From positions 1-62,436 of the forward strand of contig JAJZCM010000005.1 in the NCBI GenBank assembly GCA_021846045.1: a DNA stretch of 62,436 nucleotides, written 5' to 3'. A program made the translations under genes and the position numbers. The notes under the pieces are model-generated. The model searched no databases. It was not told the DNA's origin and saw only the letters and a program-made list of their open reading frames with translations. This DNA is from a bacterium (GTDB taxonomy: Bacteria > Elusimicrobiota > Elusimicrobia > UBA1565 > UBA9628). Positions 28,773 through 38,009 of this stretch are shown one piece after another (position 1 is the first letter of the stretch; every line of letters starts with the position of its first letter).

Positions 28773-29815
28773 TTCGGGAAAGTTTTTGGAATCTCAACAA
28801 GCGCCGGCTTTCCGTTCAGGGCTTTCAAAAATGCGACCAAGTCCTTCTTTTGCCGGGCGCCCAAACCTAGAGGATGAATTTCCTTATCCAGGTAGGGATT
28901 GCGGATCCCGCCCTTGTTATAGAAGTCCACGACCGCTTCCAAGGTTTTTTCGGAACCGTCATGCATGTAAGGATGGGTGTATAAAAGTCCTCTGAGTCCC
29001 GGGGTTTTAAAACGCCCTTGGTCGCCTTCTTTTTTGGTGACTAAATAGCGCCCAAGATCAGGATTTTTTGAGTTCATTCCCACTCCCAAATTGTGAAATT
29101 TAGAATCCGAGAAGTTGACCCCCGAATGGCAAACATCGCAACGCGCCCGCCCGAAAAAGAGATTCATCCCCCTTTGGGCCGAAGGCGACAAGGCCTGTTT
29201 ATTACCCGCGACAAAACGGTCATAGTCCGAGTCTCCGGATAAAATCGTCCGCTCAAAACTCGCGATCGCTTGGACAATCTGCTCAGCCGTAATCGAGCCG
29301 GGGCCAAACGCCTTCTTAAACATCTTTTGATAGCCTTTGATTTTTCCGATTTTTTCCTCGACTCCTTTTAAAGAAAACCCCATTTCCACGGGGTTTTGAA
29401 TCGGGCCCTTGGCCTGCTCTTCCAAACTCGGCGCACGCCCATCCCAAAACTGTAGTTCATTATAGGTCGCGTTAAAAACCGGCGGCGCGCTGCGCGTTCC
29501 TTTTAAGCCGTGGATGCCGGTTGACACCGGACTCTGATCGGTCCACCCCTTGTCCGGGTCGTGGCAAGTCTCGCAGCTGATCGTATTGTTTTTCGACAGT
29601 CTCTTGTCGAAATAGAGAAACCTTCCCAGTTCGACTTTTTCCTTGGTGAGCGGATTGTTTTGAGGAATCTTCGGCTTGTTGAGCCCCAGAGGCACAGAAT
29701 AAGGATAAACCGGTCCGGCGCTTGAATCCTCGCCCCAATCGTCAGCCCGAATCGCGCGCGAAACCGAAACTAAAGTTAAAAGCGCAAGAAAACTCGCCAA
29801 GATATTCTTTTTCAT
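28769..29815 (-). CDS. Di-haem cytochrome c peroxidase (CcpA/MauG family)
   Basis: CETCH, CDVCH, QFWDGRA, FKTPGLR, PYMHDG; signal peptide. Confidence 0.93.
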   Translation of the reverse strand: MKKNILASFLALLTLVSVSRAIRADDWGEDSSAGPVYPYSVPLGLNKPKIPQNNPLTKEKVELGRFLYFDKRLSKNNTISCETCHDPDKGWTDQSPVSTGIHGLKGTRSAPPVFNATYNELQFWDGRAPSLEEQAKGPIQNPVEMGFSLKGVEEKIGKIKGYQKMFKKAFGPGSITAEQIVQAIASFERTILSGDSDYDRFVAGNKQALSPSAQRGMNLFFGRARCDVCHSGVNFSDSKFHNLGVGMNSKNPDLGRYLVTKKEGDQGRFKTPGLRGLLYTHPYMHDGSEKTLEAVVDFYNKGGIRNPYLDKEIHPLGLGARQKKDLVAFLKALNGKPALVEIPKTFPN

Positions 29816-29849
29816 TACTCCCCCATCAGATTTTAAGGCCTCATGGCCC

Positions 29850-30320
29850 TTACGCCAAGAAAGAACGAAGCATCCATGCCATTTTTTCGTGTTGTTCCAT
29901 CACGCCGGTTAAAAAATCGTTGGTCCCCATATCGCCCTCCGATTCGCAAACCTTGAGATGTTTTCTTAAATCGCCGATCATGGCCTCATGATCGGACAAA
30001 AGCTCCTTGAGCATTTCCTCGGCCTTTAAGTTGTTTTTGGCCGCGTCCTTAATTTGGGAAGCCGCCGCGAACTCGGACAAACCTCCGAAAGCCCGCTCAC
30101 CCAGCGCGCGAACTCTTTCCGCAACCTCATCGATAATGCCGTCCAACTCGTCGTACTGGGCCTCAAAAAATTTATGCAGATCATTAAATTGCGGGCCGAC
30201 CACGTTCCAGTGGAAATTGCGCGTTTTTGTATGAAGAACATATTCTCCGGACAGAACTTGATTTAAAAGCTCCGACACGACTTTCCGGCTTTTTTCTTCT
30301 ATCGCGATATTGATATTCAT
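29850..30320 (-). CDS. dps: Dps ferritin-like DNA protection protein
   Basis: KTRNFHWNVVGPQFNDLH..FE, DEVAER, HEKMAWMLRS. Confidence 0.96.
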   Translation of the reverse strand: MNINIAIEEKSRKVVSELLNQVLSGEYVLHTKTRNFHWNVVGPQFNDLHKFFEAQYDELDGIIDEVAERVRALGERAFGGLSEFAAASQIKDAAKNNLKAEEMLKELLSDHEAMIGDLRKHLKVCESEGDMGTNDFLTGVMEQHEKMAWMLRSFLA

Positions 30321-30481
30321 AGTTTCCTCCCATCAATGATTGATTATAAATTTTTCGGCTTGGGACCTTCAACGATCTGACTCAATCCGCCGGGCCCACG
30401 GGTCATATGCGACAAAATTTTACGGGGCTGTCGCATAAAACAGTTATTGTCGCGTTTATTATCACATTCATTGCCCCATTA

Positions 30482-30721
30482 TCACGTTTTCTGCCACATC
30501 GCTCTTCTTCGGAACGATCCTGAGGCTTGATCTTGCAGGCCACGAGAGGCTCCAAGCGCTCGGGGGCCATGGTGCTCTTCTTCAAAGTCTCCAGCATCTT
30601 GGGGCGACTGCTTCTGATAGAGGTCTTGCCTGCCCTTATATTCGCCCAGTGTCCGCACCAAGGCAAGGAGACCATGGGAGATTGGCTGGTCAAGGAAATA
30701 TTTGTGTTCGAAGGATCTCAT
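30482..30721 (-). pseudogene. Frameshifted, internally deleted Fic-family remnant
   Basis: LGEYKGRQDLYQKQSPQ then frameshift MLETLKK...ERLEPLV..KIKPQDRSEEE resembles a Fic N-terminus; HPFxxGNGR core absent. Confidence 0.6.
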
Positions 30722-30722
30722 T

Positions 30723-31274
30723 CTAAGCGCCCTCGCTCGTTGGATCAGTGGGGCGATTAACTTCCGCCAAGATGCTGAGCAAGACGTCCAGTTTGTCCGT
30801 TGCATTTGAAAAGGATTGCGATCCCGAATTCGGAGCGTGAGGACGCGGCATCGCGCTTCCTTTCAACTTGTCGGAACTCCAATCCACCCGAGATGCGAGC
30901 AAAGTCCAAAAGCCCTCCGGCTGGAAGTCCTTATCGAGTCGAAGAAGATACAGTTCGTGCCAGCCTGGATGTATGATGGAGACGCGATTCGTTTTTGAAT
31001 ACGCAGACACTGTCTTGATTTGAATCTTGTGGCCCCCTTGGCCGGATCTGCGAATCGTGATATCCCAAGCAGGTTGGCTGGGGGAGCCGTAACGATGTTC
31101 CGAGTCACTATACTGTCGCTTGGCAAATAGGCGACCATAAAATTCACCGATGACTCCGGTCTTCTGGTCGCCAACTGGAAGGAGATCATCTCGTTTCCCT
31201 TGTAGTCCTTCTAATAGATCGTATGCTTCCGCATACTTCTTGATTGCCTCGAATATCTCATCATAACAACCCAT
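30723..31274 (-). CDS. PD-(D/E)xK nuclease-like hypothetical protein
   Basis: GVIGEFY...WDI...IQIKT spacing; GGAGG RBS. Confidence 0.6.
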   Translation of the reverse strand: MGCYDEIFEAIKKYAEAYDLLEGLQGKRDDLLPVGDQKTGVIGEFYGRLFAKRQYSDSEHRYGSPSQPAWDITIRRSGQGGHKIQIKTVSAYSKTNRVSIIHPGWHELYLLRLDKDFQPEGFWTLLASRVDWSSDKLKGSAMPRPHAPNSGSQSFSNATDKLDVLLSILAEVNRPTDPTSEGA

Positions 31275-31344
31275 CGTCCGCTACCCTCCCGCCTTACTGA
31301 ATCGGCATATCCTGCCGTAGTCGCACCCGACTCCCGCGTTCGGT

Positions 31345-31477
31345 CGTCACTCCGGCGCTTCCTCCGTCGTCGCCCCGACGAAAGTCGGGGTCTAGGCCGG
31401 ACGCTTCCGTCTTATTTGCAGTCGGCCCAAATAAATCCTACGCGCGAGTCTGGATTCCGGCTTTCGCCGGAATGACG
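31345..31477. repeat. CGTC-type REP doublet with extra degenerate half
   Basis: CGTCGCCCCGACGAAAGTCGGGGTC ... GGATTCCGGCTTTCGCCGGAATGACG. Confidence 0.85.
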
Positions 31478-31540
31478 ATTACCAGAAAAACATCTTTCAA
31501 GGGCCTCTCGTCGATAATGGCACCGATTTTTTGGCCTCTG

Positions 31541-34336
31541 TTAATTTTTCGGGGCCGGGCCCTCGACAATCTCGGCCATATCCGACGGGTGAAGCCATTC
31601 GGAAAAAGCCCGGCGAACATCCTCGGCTTTTAAGTCCACATAAATTTTGGCCGCGCGCTCGGGCTCATCGAGCGCAAGCCCGAACCTCGACAAATAAAGC
31701 CACTTAGAAGCCACTCCGTCGAAGCTGGCTTCCCCCAAGGGAATCCCGCGCAGCAGCAGAATTTTTCCCTGTCTCAACTCTTCCGGGCTGACATACTTTT
31801 TTTGCATAGCCGCGATGTCATTTAAAGCCAGGGTCTTGGCCTTTAAAGCCTTATCTGGATCGGAACCGTAAACGATCCGGTACGTTGACCGAACCCTCCC
31901 CGCATCCCAATAGGAATTGGCCGCGTAAGCCAACCCCGTCTTTTTCCGAAGATCTAAACTCAACCTTGAGGCGTAAAAAGCTCCCCCGAGAATTTCATTT
32001 CCCAAATTGAGGGCGTAATAATTCGGAGAAAGGCGGTTCATTCCCACCGTTTGAATCAAAACAACCTTGTCTTGAAGACGGCTTGAGTCGGGAATATTAA
32101 TCTTGGAGAAACGATTGTCCGGGACGCGCGGATACTCGATGTTCGGTTTAGCCCCTGCGGCTTTCCAGGAACCGAAATAGCGCTCAATCACGGTTTTTGC
32201 CTTTTGGGGATCGACTTGGCCGATCACCACAATCGTCGTCATGTCCGGACGAAAAACCTTGTGATAATATTGTTTGACGTCGTTGAGACTCAAATCCGCC
32301 GCCGTCTTCGGCGTCGCCTCGCGCAAAATTGGATCGGTTTTAGGATAAAGCGCCTTATCAATCGCCCGTCCCGTCAAATAATCCGGACTTTGGAGTTCTC
32401 CTACGAGTTCGGCAGACACTTCGTGGCGAATAATTTTAAAATCGCCCTTGGGAAGAGCCGGAGACAATTCATTTTGAGCCAATAACTTGACTCCATCCTC
32501 AAAATGCTTTGAAAGGACATTGAGAGAGAAATCCGTTCCGGCGCTCTCATCCGCGGCAATGTCATCCAAGGCCTTTTGAAACGCGATCCGGTCGAGACTC
32601 CTGCTTCCATAGGGGAAAAGCTCTCCCAAGACCCGGTCCACCCCTTCTTTCCCTAAGGCAGTTTCGGTGTCAGGATTGGACATGATATGTCCCATAATTG
32701 AAACAGTGGGGCTGATTGTCTCAGGTTGCACAATCAGCTCAATGCCGTTGGACAAGCGGCTGACGATCGGGTGAAGCGTTAGGGGAGGAATCGCGAGGCT
32801 TTCGACCTCCTTTTTGGCCCACGGCGGAAGCGGCACGGCTTTAACGGAGGAGGAGGCAAAAGATTCCTGCCCGCCAAAACCTTTTCCCGACACCGGCTTT
32901 CCCGAAGGCTGCGGAGTCAAAATAGCGGAAACGGCATGATCAAAATCGATATATTTTTTCGCCACGCGGGCAACATCTTCGGCAGTCACCTTCTTGATCG
33001 CCTCGATATCCTCATCGGGAGACCGCCGCCCTTCTCCAGCCACAGCCTCGGACCACTCCATCGCGAGGCCCTCAATCGAATTTTTCTGGAATTCGGCCGC
33101 GGCCTCCTCACGGCGTTTTGCGGCGGCGACAAAATCAGGGTTAATTCCCTTTGATAATTGTTCTTTCAAAACCGCCTTGACTTTTTTCAACAGATTTTTG
33201 GAATTAGCGCCTTTGGGAAACCCCGCAATCGCAAAACCAATTCCGGCCTTGGGAAGGCCTTCATAGGAAAATCCCGCGAAAAGCGCATCTCCCTTCACTT
33301 GAAGCTCATAAAGGGGACCCCGAGGATTGGACAAGGCATCTGAAAGAATCTGCACTGCGGCATAGTCCGGGCTGTCTGAGCCTGGAAAGCGGAAGGCAAA
33401 AGCGGCCATCCCGTAGGGGCTGTCCGTATTTATTGCTTCAAAAGAGGCTTTGACGGGATTGAAATTAAAATCGGGGCGTTTCGGCATCTCAATCCTGGGA
33501 ATTTTTCCAAATAATCGGCTTACGGTTTTGAAAGTCTCATTTGGATTGAGGTCTCCCGCAATGACCAAAATCGCGTTGTTGGGGCCGTACCAATCCTTAT
33601 GAAACCGTCCAAGCGCCTGGGCGGTCGTCTTATCAAAAGAGGGGCGAGTCCCCAATGCGTCATGCTCGTATGGAGTCCCTTTAAAAAGGAATTTAAGGAG
33701 CTTGACGTAAAAAACGTATTCCGGGCTTGAGAGATCGCGGGACACTTCCTGCTCAATGGCGCCGCGCTCTTTATCCCAGGATGATTTTTTAGCTGAGATC
33801 GCGCGCATTCTGAGCGACTCGATATGTAAAACCGTATCCAAATACTGGGACGGAACCGTGTAGAAATACTGCGTCAGATTTTGCTGGGTGTCGGCGTTAA
33901 GCCGCCCGCCCACATCCGCGCCGATTTCGGCCAATTGGTCGGCGGAAATTCCAGGGCTTCCGCGAAACATCATGTGTTCCATCGCATGCGCCGTTCCGGG
34001 GAAATCCGCCGGAACCTCATCGGAACCGACCTTGTAGTTCACAACGCTGGTCACCACCGGAGACAACGGATTATAGACGATAATCACTTGCAGGCCGTTT
34101 TCGAGCGTCTTTCTGAAAACCTGTCCGGCGGATATATTCGCCCCTTGGGCCAAACAGGGAATCAACAAAGAAACAATCGCCATCCACATACGGCCCCAAT
34201 GATTTCGCAACTGCTCAGGTTCGTCATTCCGGCGAAAGCCGAAATCCAAAAGTTCAATGCTCTGGACCCCGACTTTCGTCGGGGTGACGTGAGTAGTTAC
34301 CTTATTTATTCTCAAACTCTTATTTTGATTTTTCAT
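31541..34336 (-). CDS. M16 (pitrilysin-family) zinc peptidase, exported
   Basis: LENGL, YKVGS, AHAMEHMMFRGS (HxxEH); AAGGAG RBS before ATG 34336. Confidence 0.92.
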   Translation of the reverse strand: MKNQNKSLRINKVTTHVTPTKVGVQSIELLDFGFRRNDEPEQLRNHWGRMWMAIVSLLIPCLAQGANISAGQVFRKTLENGLQVIIVYNPLSPVVTSVVNYKVGSDEVPADFPGTAHAMEHMMFRGSPGISADQLAEIGADVGGRLNADTQQNLTQYFYTVPSQYLDTVLHIESLRMRAISAKKSSWDKERGAIEQEVSRDLSSPEYVFYVKLLKFLFKGTPYEHDALGTRPSFDKTTAQALGRFHKDWYGPNNAILVIAGDLNPNETFKTVSRLFGKIPRIEMPKRPDFNFNPVKASFEAINTDSPYGMAAFAFRFPGSDSPDYAAVQILSDALSNPRGPLYELQVKGDALFAGFSYEGLPKAGIGFAIAGFPKGANSKNLLKKVKAVLKEQLSKGINPDFVAAAKRREEAAAEFQKNSIEGLAMEWSEAVAGEGRRSPDEDIEAIKKVTAEDVARVAKKYIDFDHAVSAILTPQPSGKPVSGKGFGGQESFASSSVKAVPLPPWAKKEVESLAIPPLTLHPIVSRLSNGIELIVQPETISPTVSIMGHIMSNPDTETALGKEGVDRVLGELFPYGSRSLDRIAFQKALDDIAADESAGTDFSLNVLSKHFEDGVKLLAQNELSPALPKGDFKIIRHEVSAELVGELQSPDYLTGRAIDKALYPKTDPILREATPKTAADLSLNDVKQYYHKVFRPDMTTIVVIGQVDPQKAKTVIERYFGSWKAAGAKPNIEYPRVPDNRFSKINIPDSSRLQDKVVLIQTVGMNRLSPNYYALNLGNEILGGAFYASRLSLDLRKKTGLAYAANSYWDAGRVRSTYRIVYGSDPDKALKAKTLALNDIAAMQKKYVSPEELRQGKILLLRGIPLGEASFDGVASKWLYLSRFGLALDEPERAAKIYVDLKAEDVRRAFSEWLHPSDMAEIVEGPAPKN
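34222..34298. repeat. CGTC-type REP doublet inside the M16 5' coding region
   Basis: CGTCATTCCGGCGAAAGCCGAAATCC ... GGACCCCGACTTTCGTCGGGGTGACG-TGAGTAGTT. Confidence 0.85.
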
Positions 34337-34349
34337 CCGCGTCTCCTTG

Positions 34350-35429
34350 TTATTTGCGCGCTGATTCGGTCCTAGGCATTTTCGGACGGCTGGAATGCTT
34401 AAAGCTGACTTCGCGTCCTTCTTTAAGCGCCTTAAGCCATTCGGAAATCTCCCCAGTCTTGGATTCGATAATTTCCTTCGCCTTGGAAATTTCCGCCGCG
34501 CGGCCTTCCAGATTTTTCGCCACGATATGCTCCAAATCCTCAAGCCGGTAGAGATAGACGTGTTCAAGGCTGTGTATTTCTTCTTCGATGTCCCGCGGCA
34601 TGGCGATATCCACCATGAAAAGAGAGCGCCCACGCCTGTTTTTGAGCGATTTTTCAACCATCTCTTTGGTGACCACCGGCTCGGGGGACCCGGTCGAGGA
34701 AAGAACGATATCAACTTCCTGAAGGGCCTCCCCCCGGTTTTCCCAAGGCAAAACTGCGGCTTTAAAATTCCGAGCAAGGGCTTCCGCCCGTTCGCGGGTG
34801 CGGTTTGAAATCAGAATTTTGGGAGCTTTTTGCGTCGCCAGATGACGAATCATGATCTCCGCCATCTGCCCGGCGCCCAAGACCAAAACCGAACTCTCGG
34901 AAAGATTTCCAAAAATACTTTGCGCTAGTTCCACCGCAACGGAAGCAACCGAGGTCTGTCCGACCGAAATCCCCGTCTCGCTTCGGACTTTTTTACCGAC
35001 ATAAAGCGCGCGTTGAAACAAAATATTTCCAATTTTTCCGGTCAAGCCCTCATTTTTCGCCCATTCATAAGATTCTTTGACTTGCCCTAAGATCTCCGTT
35101 TCGCCGACGACCAGAGAATCAAGCCCCGAGGCGACTTTTAGAAGATGAGCCACCGCTTCGGAACCGCTGTAGAGATAAAGATCCTCTTTGCTGGAATTTT
35201 TTCCGATTAAATCCTCGAAAAAGCGCAGAAGAACATCGGGCCCGTCCGCGCCGTTAGAAAACCCGCAGGCATAAATCTCGAAGCGGTTGCAGGTCGATAG
35301 AAAAACCGCGTCGGAAACCTGCGCCGCCTTGATTTTCCGGGCGACCTCCGAGCGGGCAAGGAGCGCGAACTTTTCCCGCAAGGCGAGTTCCGCTGTCTTA
35401 TGGCTGAGTCCGGCGACGACAATCTGCAT
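34350..35429 (-). CDS. hemA: Glutamyl-tRNA reductase
   Basis: GLSHKTA, STCNRFE, SGLDSLVVGETEILGQ, GAGQM, DIAMPRD. Confidence 0.95.
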   Translation of the reverse strand: MQIVVAGLSHKTAELALREKFALLARSEVARKIKAAQVSDAVFLSTCNRFEIYACGFSNGADGPDVLLRFFEDLIGKNSSKEDLYLYSGSEAVAHLLKVASGLDSLVVGETEILGQVKESYEWAKNEGLTGKIGNILFQRALYVGKKVRSETGISVGQTSVASVAVELAQSIFGNLSESSVLVLGAGQMAEIMIRHLATQKAPKILISNRTRERAEALARNFKAAVLPWENRGEALQEVDIVLSSTGSPEPVVTKEMVEKSLKNRRGRSLFMVDIAMPRDIEEEIHSLEHVYLYRLEDLEHIVAKNLEGRAAEISKAKEIIESKTGEISEWLKALKEGREVSFKHSSRPKMPRTESARK

Positions 35430-35440
35430 CGGCGTTTCAA

Positions 35441-36292
35441 TTATCCTTTGGAAAGATATCCATGAAGTTCGCTTAAGAAATTAACCCCTGCGAAAGTAAA
35501 CACCACGCAGGCAAACCCCAACATCGAAACATAAACCGCTTTTTTCCCGCGCAGGCCCATCATGTAGCGCATATGCAAATAACCGGCATAAACCAAGGCC
35601 GTAATCAAGGCCCAGGTTTCTTTTGGATCCCATCCCCAAAATCTACCCCAAGCGTTCTCCGCCCACACGCCCCCCATGATGATACCGATCGTTAAAATTG
35701 GAAAGGCCATCACAATGATGCGGTAATTGAGATTATCCAATTCCTCAATGGAAGGCAAGCGATAGCACAGGGCTATGGGCTTTCGCGATTTAATTTGATG
35801 TTCCTGCACTAAAAGGGCCACCCCAACGCCGAAAGCGTTGCCGAAAGCGGCATAGGAAGTCATCAAAACCATGGGATGGATATTGATCCAATAGCTTTGC
35901 AAAGCCGGCGCCAAGCCGGAAATCTCAGGAGAAGCCGCGCAAACGGCGATCCCAAGACTGAGAGAAGCCCACGGCAGGACAAACGCCCCCAAGATTCCCA
36001 GACGATGCCGGCTTTCAATCACAAAGAAAGCGCCGCAGACGGCTAAAGCCAGATAGGACAGAGCGCCGAAAAAAGTGTTGATGGGGAGAAAATACCGGTT
36101 TTCAGGGATTTGCCAAAAAGAATGGATGCGAAACCCGAAAGCGGCCAAATGCAAAGCAATCCCGACCCCCAACAGATTCAACATCCAGCGATTCCATTTC
36201 TCGTCTTTGTAGGCCAAATAAACAAAGGATAAGGTGACAGCTCCCAGATAGGCGGCCAGAGTCGCCTTGGTCAACATCAGTTCAGGACTCAT
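35441..36292 (-). CDS. ccsA: System II cytochrome c biogenesis protein CcsA/ResC
   Basis: PALQSYWINIH, WAENAWGRFWGWDPKE, LHGY. Confidence 0.95.
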   Translation of the reverse strand: MSPELMLTKATLAAYLGAVTLSFVYLAYKDEKWNRWMLNLLGVGIALHLAAFGFRIHSFWQIPENRYFLPINTFFGALSYLALAVCGAFFVIESRHRLGILGAFVLPWASLSLGIAVCAASPEISGLAPALQSYWINIHPMVLMTSYAAFGNAFGVGVALLVQEHQIKSRKPIALCYRLPSIEELDNLNYRIIVMAFPILTIGIIMGGVWAENAWGRFWGWDPKETWALITALVYAGYLHMRYMMGLRGKKAVYVSMLGFACVVFTFAGVNFLSELHGYLSKG

Positions 36293-36307
36293 CGTTGAGC
36301 CTCCATT

Positions 36308-37702
36308 TTATTTAAAATCCAGATGGGATTTCATTTCCCCCGTTAAGCGGTTAAATTCTTTTTCAAAATCCCGCCCCCCTCTCGAACTCCAAGCGCCGAT
36401 TGAAATTTTAGTTTTTCCGTTTTGACCGGGTTCAAGAAGCGCCCAAAAACGGCGGCGATGAAAATAAAAAAGCAAGACAAGCCCCAAAACCCATAAGAGA
36501 ACGCCCGTCACCACCCAAGGGTATCCCGGATCATAAGCCACTTGGATTCCGGAAAATAAAACCGGATCAACCGAAACCAAGGAAAAAGGCGGCGCTTCCG
36601 CGTGTAACAGGGTCCCGTCCGGGTTCTCCTTGAGGCAAACCTTCGGATACAAGGCAAAAAGCCACAAAGGCGGGGTAGGCTTTCCCTCAATGCTGAACAA
36701 GAACCTCACCGCCGGATTTTTAAGATCCAAGGAAGCGGTATCGGCGTGACCATTGGCAACGGTAAAATCCGGCATCAAAACGTCGGCCTCAACCGAGAAC
36801 GGGCTTCCCGGAACTTTTTTGGGAACGCGCTGTCGAAGGGTCAAAAAACTCCCGGCGAGGTTTAAAGTCACGCTTCTAAACATTCCCGCGGCGCCCCAAG
36901 AAGCCTGATAGAAGCGAACCCCGTGAATATCCAAAGGGTGGTTGACGCGAATGGTTTTGGCTCCGATTAATTTATCCCCGGCTTTGACGCGCAAGACCGA
37001 CGAAAATAAACTCGGTTGAAAAGTTCCATGGTAGAAATGAACGGTAAACTTGTCCACAGAAAGCGTCCACGGACGGCGCTTCATCGCCACCGTGGTTCCT
37101 TCCATCACCGGCGCCATCTCGACAAAACCATATAAAGCATTGATGAACGCGCCGATTAAAATGACGACCAGGGCGATATGCGCAATATAGGAACCCCAAC
37201 GTTGAAGCCGATGTTTTGTCGCCAAAAAAGCCGCGCCGGCGGGACTATGAAATTCATCGTGCACCGCATAACCTGCCCTCTCAAAAAAGGCGCGCGCTTT
37301 TGTGAAAGCCTCATCGAAAGCAAGAGAAGAATCCATGGAAGACTGAAAGGGTTTTAAGCGCAACGCTTCTTCTCTTTGAGACCAATGCTTTTCGATCTCT
37401 TCTTCATTGGTATTTTCCGGCGGCAAGGCCGTCGCGCTGATATCAGGAGGTTTATTCCAAAGCTTACAGATGATGATGTCAAAGGCCATGAGTCCCAAAA
37501 GCCCCATGAACCACCAGGTTTGATAGAGATTAAAAGCGCCAAAAAAATTTAGAATCTTGAACCCGAGAGGATGAAGCAAGCGGTAAAACTCGACTTTGTC
37601 CGGAGACGTCGAGGTTTGGGGAAGAAAAGTCCCCACCGCGCTCAAAAGCGCGATCAAGGCTCCTAAAATGATATTAAACCGAATCGAACGAAATAGTTTC
37701 AT
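36308..37702 (-). CDS. resB: System II cytochrome c biogenesis protein ResB/Ccs1
   Basis: GTFLPQ, YQTWWF, AHIALVVILIG, VNHPL, FYQASW, GIQVAYDPG. Confidence 0.92.
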   Translation of the reverse strand: MKLFRSIRFNIILGALIALLSAVGTFLPQTSTSPDKVEFYRLLHPLGFKILNFFGAFNLYQTWWFMGLLGLMAFDIIICKLWNKPPDISATALPPENTNEEEIEKHWSQREEALRLKPFQSSMDSSLAFDEAFTKARAFFERAGYAVHDEFHSPAGAAFLATKHRLQRWGSYIAHIALVVILIGAFINALYGFVEMAPVMEGTTVAMKRRPWTLSVDKFTVHFYHGTFQPSLFSSVLRVKAGDKLIGAKTIRVNHPLDIHGVRFYQASWGAAGMFRSVTLNLAGSFLTLRQRVPKKVPGSPFSVEADVLMPDFTVANGHADTASLDLKNPAVRFLFSIEGKPTPPLWLFALYPKVCLKENPDGTLLHAEAPPFSLVSVDPVLFSGIQVAYDPGYPWVVTGVLLWVLGLVLLFYFHRRRFWALLEPGQNGKTKISIGAWSSRGGRDFEKEFNRLTGEMKSHLDFK

Positions 37703-37712
37703 GCCGCCTTAA

Positions 37713-37998
37713 GGGCTCGCAACGAAATAATAGGACCAACTGGCCAAGGCGATTTTGGAGCGAGACGAGGAACGAAGAGCGAGCATACCCTCTGCGGTAT
37801 GTAAGCGATGAGTGACGAAGTCGCAGCCCAAAAGCGCCCTGGCCCTCTCGTCGAAAAAACGCGTGAGTGGAGGCCCATCTTCGGCCAATTTCTTTGTTGC
37901 TCCTCATTCACATAGCTTAAGCTATGCTCATTCGTCGCGCCTCGAAATTGTCTCAAATCTGGGTCTCCCAGTTGCTCCTATTATTTCGTTGCGAGCCC
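37713..37998. mobile_element. MITE-like element, copy 2 (286 bp)
   Basis: 31-bp TIR GGGCTCGCAACGAAATAATAGGA(C/G)CAACTGG, flanking TAA at 37710-37712 and 37999-38001; interior is inverted homolog of 12767-13034. Confidence 0.85.
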
Positions 37999-38009
37999 TA
38001 AGCTTTTAC

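Noticed and set aside
34337-34777. N-terminal extension making M16 1078 aa
   Set aside because: Overlaps hemA out of frame; strong RBS at 34336
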